Shown here one piece after another: positions 1 to 11,800 of a DNA stretch of 64,000 bases; position 1 is the stretch's first letter; each line of letters starts with the position of its first letter. The position numbers were made by a program, and so were the translations under genes. The stretch lies in NCBI GenBank assembly GCA_964035545.1, contig OZ037768.1, forward strand, positions 7,596,741-7,660,740, read 5' to 3'. This DNA is from Bugula neritina. Lineage: Eukaryota > Animalia > Bryozoa. The notes under the pieces are model-generated. The model saw nothing but the letters and a program-made list of their open reading frames with translations, made no database searches and was not told the origin of the DNA.

Positions 1-934
1 TTAAAAAGGTTTTCAATTGGAAATTGGTATTAGAGACCATATTAATCATTAACGTACACATGGGTAGTCCTAAATTACTAATTTTGTTTCTTCTCATGAG
101 ACTGATTTATCAGATTAAAAGTCAGCAAGTAATGGTCATTACAAATGCCTATTAAATTTCATTAAATTGGAAAATTGAACGAAAACATTAATATGATTGC
201 ATTCCTCAATCATGAGAAATATATGAGTATGAACTATAAACTAAATATATATCAGATAGGAAAAAATAATTAGGTTTCAATAAAAAAACACATTGGTTCT
301 AAATCAATGAAGTAACTTATTTTAAAAAAAACTTAATTCTCACTTATTTTTAGTAGTGAAAATTGGAAATCTTCTTAGTCCAAACTAAACAATAAACTCA
401 TTACAATATAAACATATTTTAGGCAACTTATGATCTTAGCATCAAAAAATACTAAAAGTTTAACATGTGAGCTTTTAATAATAATGCAAACTTATCTGCC
501 AGCCTAGTAAAGTACTTTTGTCATGCTAGGCAATTGCCTCTAATCAATGAATGCCTTTGAAATACTGTATCAATGATCAACCAGAAATCAAATGAAAATT
601 AGGTCTTGAGATTTAATAAAATAAAACATCTATACGAATGAAATTAACTAAAACTACATCAATTAAAAAGTAGACATATGAACTTTAAATTATAAGGGTA
701 AAATTTTTGAGACAAGGTCATTGCAAACTATATTTTGAGAATATAACTAATGTTTAATCATCCTTTTGCACAACTATTATTTATAAAATTGAGAGCAGAA
801 TTTTCAAAATAAAATGATAAGAAATTTCAATAAGCAATTTCAATATAAATAATAATATAATTTTATAAATATTAAATTAGATCTGATATTGATTTTCATT
901 AATTTAAATTTACATTATACTATTACTTGGTTGG

Positions 935-1480
935 CTTTTGTGTGTTAAAAGCAAATAGATATTTAGGAATGACCAAGAGATCTTTTTACACCAGAAATCT
1001 AAAATACTTGATAAAACTTTACAAATGACTTTTAAAACCGCATTTGGAATATGCTGTACCTGCTTGATCATCAAGATTTTTGAACGGCACTAGACTTATA
1101 AAAGGAGTTCAGAGAAGTTTCACTAAAATGCTGAGTGAAGGTAAAGAGCTGGATAATGCTGAATGTAGAACAACTAAAATGTATCATCTTGACACACTGG
1201 AGGTCAACAGAATTAGATGCCATCTTCTACAGGCTTTTAAAGTCATCGAAGGATTTACTTTTGTACTTTCAAGGTACACACTAGAGTGCATAAGTTAATG
1301 CTTAGCAAGCAATATCAATATGCAAGAACTATTATGGGGAAGCAATTTTTCCCTTGAGTGGTTGACTGTTGGAATGCTTTACCATAACCTGTAGTAGAAC
1401 AAGATGCTAAATCTATTCTTTCATTTAAATCTAACAATTAAATTTAAACATACAGTTACACTTACATGGAGTGTTACAGA
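935..1480 (+). mobile_element. Decayed 3' fragment of a CR1/L2-group LINE (RT C-terminal region)
   Basis: One frame from ~942 reads VLKANRYLGMTKRSFYTRNLKYLIKLYK*LLKPHLEYAVPA*SSRFLNGTRLIKGVQRSFTKML...TLEVNRIRCHLLQAFKVIEG, and later VVDCWNALP. This matches the KANR.LG.IKRSF / LYK.LVRPHLEY / VQRRFTK / RVV..WN.LP pattern of CR1/L2-group ORF2. In-frame stops show it is dead. Confidence 0.85.
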
Positions 1481-1599
1481 AGTTGAATATGTAACTGGCT
1501 TTCTCTCCGGGTCCCTTAGCCCACTCATCAAAATAGTCTAGAAAGAGTGGGTTTTAGTATAAATTCAGTATAACAGATTACTAACCCAGTCTCACTAAC

Positions 1600-2075
1600 C
1601 TAAGCATTCAATTTCGTAAACAGATTGAGAATATTCAATTTCAATTTTAATATCAATATGATTATGAATATCAAATTGAATTTGATATTCATATTGAATT
1701 TGATATTCATATTAATCTTGGATATTGAATTTTTATTTACCTCGTCATTATGATTATCACTTTTAACTTTAAGTTTATGGTTATCATCATGATTTTGATT
1801 AATATTATCACTATGATAATCAAAGCTTGTGATATTAATAATAATATTTATTTGATATTCCTTTTCACTATCAATAATCAATATGAATATGAATACCATA
1901 TATTTATAATTTTATAATTATATTCATATTGATATTGTAATTGTTACACTTAAATTAAAATTTTAATGTTTAACTTTATACTATACTAATAGTAAGTAAT
2001 ATTTATACTAAATCTAATACGAATAGTAATAATAATAGTAATACTTATTCATTGTGATTGTGATAACGACGACAG
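1600..2075. repeat. Degenerate (ATT/AAT/ATATTC)-type low-complexity tract
   Basis: Repeated atattc/attgat/aataat units, including a duplicated 'attgaatttgatattcat'. It explains the spurious Ile/Asn-rich ORF 1600..1899. Confidence 0.7.
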
Positions 2076-2413
2076 ATACAGATATGAGATATGCATTATT
2101 AACTTTACGCCTCAGTGTGTCGCGACAAGTAACTTAACTCACCTAAAGCCCCGTAACTTGTAAAATGTAAGGAGGATGTTGCTATTACTATTAGTATAAT
2201 AGGCTACAATTGCTGGTAAAAATTCCCCAATACCTTGCCTGGGAGTTTAAATAGCACCGATATGTCACAATATTATTAGTATTACTAGCCGAGTTTCTTA
2301 GTTTGGGCACTGATAGCTTAAAGTTGTCTATCCTTGTAATAAAGTAGTTCGCTCCAGATTTCAAGTCAAACTGCTGGAGTTATTCTCTTCTTGTACTGTG
2401 TTACACTGTGTGT

Positions 2414-2426
2414 ATGACTTCCCGAC
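2414..2426 (+). CDS. Candidate alternative first coding exon of the ENT gene (MTSR, phase 1)
   Basis: ATG ACT TCC CGA C|GTAAGT: a consensus donor in a locally CpG-containing patch. Phase 1 matches the acceptor at 6111. Confidence 0.4.
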
Positions 2427-3686
2427 GTAAGTTATTGTCCGTTATTTTCGGTAGTTCGAATACTATGTTAAAGGGGTTTAATCTTCTAACTGTTCTGCTA
2501 ACCATACTAAATTATTGTAATTTTATTTATTATCATAATGATAACATTAACTAATACTAATGGCAATGACTAATATGCTAATAACAATGATTATATTCAT
2601 GATATTCAAATGATAATATAGTATCATTTGTTATTATTATTATAACTGATAAATATTATTGATTGTAATTATTAACTTAGTCTTAGTCTAAAGCTTAAGC
2701 TATTGACATTATCATTATGATTATCATTATGATTATTTATTCTTGACTCACAGTCACATTGACATTCATATATTTACATTGAGTTTGATTTTAGTATTAT
2801 GGTTGTGATTGTACCAGTACTGCATTGTAGCTAATAAATTTGCATTGACCCTAATTTTATTGTTTGCATTAGGCTTTTTTCTTATTTATTGACTCCCCAA
2901 GTAATTCATAACATTAATTGTATACTACTTTGGGTTAGCTGGAGGGGGGCAGGGATGGGGTTAGACTTAGGCTTAGAGTATTGATAAGTGTTACTTGGCT
3001 TAGCTGTTAGGTATAAACTCCAGTTCCTGTCTTTAAGTTGATCTGCTGGAGCATTGCCTCCTGGTTAGAAGTGTTCTATAAGCAGCTCCGAGTTGGGGGT
3101 GACTGAGTGTAGTAGCTCTTAGTTTGTGTAGGGTTCTCAGTTTGGAGTTGGGGTTTATTGAAACATTTTCACTCCTATACCCAATCTCTGTGCACACTCT
3201 ATTTTGTTCCTTTATATGCGCTCTATGAGTGTTCTATTGCCCCCCAGCACACCTCTCGATTGTGTACACACACTCACACACCCACAGACCACCCACAGGC
3301 CACAATTACTCTGCGCTGAGTATGCTGGAGCTAAATTTACTTAAATTGTAGTTGTGTGCTTTCTACATAGCATGGAAGACAACTTGTTATTGCTAGTTCA
3401 AAACTATGATATAACATTAATATGCACTTATTTAATATAATTTAATAATAATGCTGTCATATTTAATAAGCATTCTATAACTTATAGTAGTTGCAGCCAC
3501 TTTGCCATTCCTATCAAAATTTTTATTTTATGGTTATGATAGTGATATTGGTAGTTACTAAAACAAGCTTGAAACCCTATAGATTTACTTTTTTTAGTAG
3601 TATAAGGGGAATTAAAACTTTAACCTGTTGCTGTTAATTTTATTGTTACTAATAATAGTGTAGTGGCCAGCGAAGCATAAATACTC

Positions 3687-3720
3687 CACGTGTAATAAGC
3701 CAATCGCTAATAGGCACGTG
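3687..3720 (+). promoter_or_regulatory. E-box / CCAAT / E-box module (candidate internal ENT promoter)
   Basis: CACGTG at 3687-3692, CCAAT at 3700-3704 and CACGTG at 3715-3720, followed by a C-tract and a short ATG-containing segment ending in a donor GAT|GTATGT at 3819/3820. Confidence 0.45.
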
Positions 3721-5800
3721 ATTACCCCCCCCCCTCCCCGAGAAGCAGAATGCTTCCAGACAGTTACACTTTAGATAGGTTGAGTTAGTAGTATGAAGCT
3801 GAGTGTGAAAGTAACAGATGTATGTCTTGTGAATTATAAAATAATGTATTAGTTTTTGACTTGTATATAGTGTGCTAAATATAATCTTCTTCTTCTACTA
3901 TTTGTCCTGTGTTCGAGAGTATAAACGAGCAAGTGCAGTGCAGTTCAACCCACGTTACTATTATAATTCAGAAAATTATAACAATAGTAATGGTTCTATA
4001 ATTGCTTTTACTTTGGATTTTTAAAAATAAAGGAGCTTGATAAATTTAATTTCCTCTACTTTGCATTTTACACACATGATATGTGACATGTGATATATGC
4101 TGTCCAAAATCTGCATTTGCTATATCTAATTAATTGTCTATTTTAAAAAAGCATGTGATGGTAGTCAAAGCAATTTACTATCTGCTGTGACATGGTCAGT
4201 TCTCATTTTTATGGAATAGCACCTTCTATGATAACATTAGAGAAATGTTTTGATCAGTGTAATGAGCATAATCTTATTATCACATGAGTCACATAGATCA
4301 CTTCATAGTTAAAATACACCAATACTAATTCAATTCCATGGCTAAATTGCCACAATACATTGCTAATTCATCACAATATAATTTATTCTCATAATGATAG
4401 TCACTTTGAATCTGATTAGTTTGTATTGTTAGTAATGCTATAGTTGTATATACAAAAGCATAAAGCTTTAATTTTACATTCTTTTGAAGCAACTGGTACC
4501 TTTGTAGTCTATGCACATGACTTATTTAGTATTTCGGCAGTTTTCTGTGGATAAACTTCTCTACTGATAAATCATCACGTATAATAAAAATGTAGGTCTA
4601 TACACATGATATTGATTCTATGACAAATGCAATTTACTATATAAAATTTAATTACCCCTAGCGTTTCATAACATAATAGTTCTATTATTTAGCACAAAAG
4701 TAGGAGCATAACTTTTATACTACTCAGCTAGCTGATTGGCTTAGCAACTAAACTGGTATTGTGTATATAATACCAGGGGTATGCGTTAACTTATGTCAGT
4801 GGATTGCCTAGCTACACACTGCAAGAGACCGCTGTGTTTTCATTATTAAGTTTTGAAGCTCTTTTATGTAAGTCAGCTCTGTTGCATTTTTTAACTTTAT
4901 TCATTGAATTAGCAAATACTAGATAGTAGTATAAATAAAATATTATTTTAAAACCTATGTCCCATAATTGTAATAATATAGTATAAATAGAAGACAATAC
5001 AATTTTGATATATAATAATGCAGCATTTAGCTTAAATTTGTTTTAAATATTATATATAACTTTAATTATGAGTATGAGTAATGGTATACCTCCAAACCTC
5101 TATCAATATTTCATCATTATTTATTTTTAATTATGCAAAAAATTTCTGCTTCAGCTTAAAAAAACATTAAAACATCCACATGCTAGATATAAAAGTTGCC
5201 ACCAATTAAAAACTGACAATTTTTTTCTGATTTAAAATCCATTTTGTGACTATATTCAATGCTGTTGCTAGAGTACTAGTTACCAGTACATTAATATACT
5301 GCCAGAATGCATCTTAAGTTAGTAAAAGTATTTTGGTAATTAGAAAGTGGCTAGTGAATGTAACTATTAAAGCAGAAACTCTCTCATAAACCTTCAGCTA
5401 TATAGTCTAATGCTAAGTATAGTAGGTTAGCCAGGTAAGACTGTTATGCTAAGCTAGCATGTAATGTTCTTTATACTATAGTCAGTACCATTCAATCACA
5501 CGAAATATTGATTAGTGTTTACTTGCTCCAGCTGTTAGTTGTGCTACTTATATGTTTATTCAGTAGTTCTAAAAGGAACCTGCTTTCAACATAATATCAC
5601 TTGCAGTACATAATAGCCGGTTACAGCAATCTTCACTCATTTCTGTCTCTCAGTTCCTGTTATCTGTACACTATAACTCTAGGCTACTTGATTCATATGC
5701 ATGCTGAGTCAGTATTGTTATACATCTTGTGAACATCTATATATGTGTACATAACTGAATGACTTGTGGTCGTATAGATAAATTCTAAATCTTCCGCTTG

Positions 5801-8800
5801 ATGATGTCGTCACACCCAACTGAAAACGGTAGCCACCCCAAATCTGATACTAAGGGACTGATAGTTGGAGATCAAGTAATCAAAAATTACCGTAAGTCTC
5901 AAAAATTTTAAAACAACGATTGTGGACCATGATAATGTATTACAATCATTTATATGCATGCATTTACTTGTGTTTTTCTCTGCTTTTTCTATTTCTTCTC
6001 TAACTTTTTGTCATTTTATTACATGTATTCAGTTCTAGTTAAGCAGCACTACATAGATTAAACGAGTTTCTTTCAACAATTAATGTTGACAAGTAACTAC
6101 ATTTTGTCAGATGTAATTGAACCCGGGACGTACAAGTCTTCCCTACATGCACCCTCTCCATTCGCCAGCAGAGTCTCTGCTTTTGGCAGCAAGTCGTCTG
6201 CTAACGCCTTTGGCAGCGTCAGGTCTATTGCAAGTCGAGCCAGTCAGCGACTAGCTCAAGCAAAGCCCACACTCCAGGTACTAGACAGCTATTAGCACAT
6301 TATGTAATTAGTTAAGGTGGGAACTCTGTTATCCCTATATAATAGTCTATCTCTTATATAACCTAATATTATTATTACATCCACTAGTACATAATAATTC
6401 TATGCTATAACATAGCAATGTAGGAAATATAATTCCAGTGCAGCAATGTCCTACTAATGTCTGGATAGATCGCTGGTATCTTAATGTGATTTTCAATGAA
6501 GCATTATTTGAACTTGCCTGCAAGTGCAATTCAAATTTCTCCAAGAAAATTTACCAACTATCAAATAAACTACTCATACAACTGACACTACAACTCTAAG
6601 ATGCATATTTGCTGTCTCTTAATAAAGTAGTTACTGCATTCACAAAAACACCTTCTGACTAAAAAGATCTCATTATACTGACTTGATTTGCAGTCGAGTT
6701 GGATGAATGTGGCTGCTCCTGTGCCGCTAGGTGGCAGCTTCCTGGCCCTCAACAAGCAGAGTGAAAAGTTGAAAAGTGAGGGGGATTTGGATAGGGAAGC
6801 TACAGCCCCACCCGACAAGTAAGCTGGCAACTTTTGTAAGAATGGCTTCTCTCCACATGTCATCCTTACATTAGTGCAGTGTTAGTGGTTAATGCAATAC
6901 TGCAGTATTAGTTATTAGTTAATCTAAAGTCATTTTAAAAATTCATGAATTTGGAAGGAGACCTTAATTTACTTTACATTCTCTCCAGGCTCCCTTAAAT
7001 TAATTTATGGGTAATGACTGTTACCTTTTGAGCTTTAGTAAAATATGTAGAATTCAGCTGTGTTATTCTTTAGTGTTATTGTTATAACTCTGCATATAAA
7101 CATGAAAAGGACTGATTGCAATAATAGACCTTGTTCTTAACCCATGCAACACCCATTGAGACATGTTTCAGCTTTGTTATTGATATTTCACATGTATACA
7201 ATGCTCAAAGATCTATAAGAATATAGTAGGACAATCACCTGCTGAACATTGACATTAAGTCTGCAGTGTCTCAGCTGTTGCCAGTAGCTTGACAGCCAGA
7301 CAATTGTTTGTATGTTATAAACCAGTCACATAGCATGAATCCATGACCCTAAGTATAAGCATACTGATCAAAGTCTACAAATTAAAAGATAAGAAAATCT
7401 GGTTTATTCCTCTGATTCAATTCTTCCTTCTCATGTTCCACTCTTCAATCAGCTGAAATTACTTATAAAATGACTAATTATCTCTTTGTATTTATTTCTC
7501 ATTATATGACTAAAATGTGTTTTAGTGTAGTTGGCTTATATATTGAGGAAAAGGAAAATTTTTTATAATATTTATGGAAATTATCAACTTTTTCCTCACT
7601 TTCATAGAATACTATAATGGGGTCATCAATTCTGTTCTATTTTCTTTGTGATAGCTAAATGTCTCAATACATATTTTGAGTTTAGACTAACTTGTTTTCT
7701 TAATCTGCTTAGTTGGGCATTTTCAACTAAGATAATTATAGTTCACACTGTCCTTTCTCAGATACCTAGCAGATCTTCTAGTTCTATAATACACCGGCTC
7801 ATCATAGTTGTTTACAAGTACTGCACTGAACATTCACACATCCACGCTTTGACATGTCTAAGGCATGCACTTGCCTTGTATTGTATCATTCATTCCATTA
7901 TTTAATTTCATTCAATTATCCTCTTCTGAATGATGTCATCACTACTTCTATTTTCTGTGATGTAATGTGATCTATAATATGAATGGATATCTAAATTGCT
8001 GCCATGTTGTTTTTGTTAAAGGTTTAAACTGGTGTACCTAATCTTCATTCTCCACGGCATCGGCACATTGCTGCCTTGGAACATGTTCCTCACTGCCAAC
8101 AGTGTAAGTTCAACTGAGAGTGTGCACTACAGAATGTAGCATTATTAGCTTCCTTAATAATATGTTTATACAGTATACAAGTTAAATGCCTGCAGCTCTA
8201 TTGCTGAAGTTTGATCTATCTAGTGAAAATGCAATGTATTAAAGTAGTTGAAGAATAATGCTTGTGATGGGAGAATTTTAAAACACTCAGGCAAAAATTG
8301 TTTCAACTTGTGTTGTATAGCTTTGCTTATACATTAACAATGTATGGAGTATTGAACGTTTTTCGCATTGAAATTTATTTATTGAAACTCATAGCATTTT
8401 ATATATGGCTTAGAGTTTTAAATAAAGTGAACAACCAGTGTTATTCCTTAAGATGAATGACTTCTTAGTAAGAACTCTAGCTAGAACTGCAACAACATCT
8501 TATAGTCTGCTGGTACTTTGTTATTTTTCACCTTTATCTATTTATTTTCTTTTTCGCAGACTCACAAATCATTATTTTTGCAGTATTTCACGGATTTCAA
8601 GCTTGCGGCCAAAGCTAACGAAACAGAATCAGAATATGCTAAGAATTTCCTCAGCTATCTCGGCATTACTGCACAGTTTCCAAATCTTATACTCAATGGT
8701 ATAAACATCTTCTGTCAGTGTGGAGGTGGTAGGTACGTTGGATATGCCAGAAGTTGTGCTGTTTCTTATTATAAGATGCCATTGTTGGAAATTCTAGTTC

Positions 8801-11800
8801 CTGAAATATTGTTATTATATTCATTAGTATATAGGCTATAGAATTTTCTTGAAGTTTTAGTTATGAAAATTAATTGCCACTTGAAAAAAATACTGTATTC
8901 CACTAGCTTTTCCTACAAGAAAAAATAATTGCATTAAAAGAAAATAGTCAATGTAGAATCAAATAGTCAATGTGGAGCCAGGTTGGTCTCAATATCACAA
9001 AAATAAGATATCTAATGCTTGTGATTCATCTTTTGATGTCAAGTAGTTGTTCCTGTGCTTAACATGATACCTGTTTGTTAGCAGTGCTCGTGATATAATA
9101 TTAGATCATCATGCCTACATTTTAGGTGGCCTATAATAAACATAACCTGAGATTTAATTATGCAGTTACTGTATCATAGTATTAATAATGTTATTTTTCT
9201 TATTATGTGACAAAGCGGATATTGACGCTACCTGTAGCCATCTTAGTCTGGTCTCATGTTGATGACTGCTTTCTAATAAATCTTATGCTAAAAGTTCTAT
9301 GGTTATCTAGCAAGTAAAATGTCTCTTAGATGGTGTGTGCTGGTTTAGCTCAAAGTCACCCCTTTAGATCCTTGATCAATCAGGAATTAGCTTAACAAAT
9401 TATACTAGCAGTGCTGTTGTAATACTTATAGTAGTATTGTTATGTTGAACTGCTTTTGCCTGGTGCATGTAACTATATTTTATAGTAAATAACATAGTGT
9501 ACTCAAGTTCAAAGAATTTCATTGGGATTTAATTCATGCCATATGTGATGATGTAAAATATTAGGCACTCGTTGCATGTGTTAACAATTTTATATAAGCC
9601 ATAGGTTATATAACGGACAAGTATATCATTTATTACCATAAAAATTTGGATCTTTTTTCTAGTTTGTATTTATGATCACCTTGTGTCTTTTGTAGAACTA
9701 CAGTCAAAATTGCTGGATCAATAGTTGTATTGATACTGATGTTTATAGTTACCATAGTGATGGCAATGGTCGACTCACAAGAATGTAAGTGCAGCATGAT
9801 GAAATACACATGCTTACACAAATACACCAAGAAATTCAGTTTAAGTTGATGTTTGCATGATAAAAAAGAAGTTTACTAAAATAGTTTATTGTTTCATTAA
9901 ATCTTTGATAAGAAAATATTTAAGACATTGTCTCATGTTTCAATTCCTGAGTTTTACCAGCTTTCAAGAGCTATACACTCTGGTTTTTGAACTGTTATAG
10001 GGCAAGGAGCATTCTTTGGACTGACTATGGCTACTGTTGTAGTTATAAATAGTAAGTATATAAACATTAGTTTCAAAAATATTTGATCTGTAAATACTGA
10101 ACACTATTTGTTATACAACTAATATACTCTCTATATCCAAACTCAACAAGTAGAGTCAGGTAAATTTGGCAAAAACTTTTAATTCCCGGACGTTGTTATT
10201 ACTAGTCATACTCATAGGATACTGTTATTGTTGTATTATAACATTAGAACAAGTCTGCAGGTTAAATGTAATATGTATAGTATGTTTATATACTATACAA
10301 CTCATTGCAGTTTTACATTGTGTAAGTGTACTCACTGTATTGTGTTTACGCAGTGAGCTCTGGAGTATATCAGAACTGCCTGTATGGCATAGCAGGGACT
10401 TTCCCCATGAAGTATACAAACGCTGTCATTGTCGGCTCAGTAAGTAATTTACGCTGCCGTAACCTTACTTGGAGTGATATCTCTCTTCTAATGAAATGTC
10501 AGATAATTAGCCATAATATTAGGATGCAGTGTTAACACACTGTTGGGCCATGAGTGTAAAGTAAGTGGTTGTGTAATTTACAAGTAAACAAAATGCATGG
10601 TGATGGTATTATATATGCCAGCTTTCTCTCTCTGTGTATATCATTCATTCTATGCCATAGCTTCAAATTTGTAAAGCTGTATAATAAAAAACATGGAAAT
10701 ATTAGATGGTGTTATTTGCCCAAATTAGTTATTTTTCAATTGAACTTTTTTTTCGTGGTTTTTATGTTTGCATTTATCAACTTTGTAGAATGTTAGTGGT
10801 ACCCTCACAGCTATCATTATGATAATAACTTTGCTTGGTGAGTAGATTTGATATTTATTCAACAACTAAGAATACCACCCCATTTCCTGTTTAATTAATT
10901 GTGGGAAAATTACCTTCCCTCATTCCAAGCTCTACAGGATGTAACTATTTTTAGACAATACTTTTACAACTTATATACACATCACTGTGCCACGGAATAT
11001 TTATCATTCCTTAGTCATATTATCATAACCCCTAAAATATTGTCTCCTAGTTATTATGTTAACAGTGATCTTGTCTTATTAAAAGATGTTATTTTATGTG
11101 TTTTCAGCTTCTCCAAGTCTTCAGTTAGCAGCAATATGGTATTTCATAGCAGCTGTGATGACCTTATGTATAGCCTTAGTAACCTACTTCCTTCTCCCAA
11201 CTATGGTGAGTCTGGTCTGCAAATAGTCACCTAGGCATGTTAGGTACATAGCAATATCATGCCAATTAGCTAAATCCATTCACTTTGTGATATTTGCTGG
11301 TTATAATACCTATACATATCTCAGTTGTACATACATCACCTTATTAGATCAAATAAAGCTTGTAAAATACTTCAATACTAGTAACTATTTCTGATTGTGC
11401 ATTTTGGTCCCCTTTCTTTTTTCTTGATACTACATCAGTTAGCAATGTAGTGAAAATTTATGCTAATCACCAGATTGATTTCAAATAGAAAATGAAACGT
11501 GGTAAGATTAATATAAAAGCTCATCGCTTGTGCAATGCTTCAATTTTTGCTAGCATTTGTATGTTTCTCTCTTGTTGATCAATTGTGCTTTGTCCCGTTT
11601 TTAGAAATTTTATAAACATTTTACGACAGAAGGGAAGACTGAGGGAGGTAGTGAGAAGTCTTTGGTAGCCACTGATAGTTGTTCGTCTTCTGATGAGAGC
11701 AACAATATTGAGAGACCTCCTTATTGCAAGATATTTAAACAGGTGGGTCAGAGTGCTCAGTTTTGTTTGGACGACAATTTTAACTTCTACTTTCATTGCT

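Noticed and set aside
1600-1899. 99-aa minus-strand ORF rich in Ile/Asn
   Set aside because: It is a translation of degenerate ATT/AAT low-complexity DNA with no splice or domain support.
2930-3340. GC-richer block with weak inverted ends (aactccag / ctggagct) and CA-rich tract
   Set aside because: The inverted match is too short, and there is no TSD or second copy in the window, so it cannot be classified.
8943-8980. 19-bp direct duplication aaatagtcaatgt(a/g)ga in an ENT intron
   Set aside because: It is a simple local slippage duplication with no further structure.
6588-11796. Minus-strand ORFs at 6588, 9633, 10225 and 11521
   Set aside because: They are antisense to ENT exons and show no independent start, splice or domain evidence.
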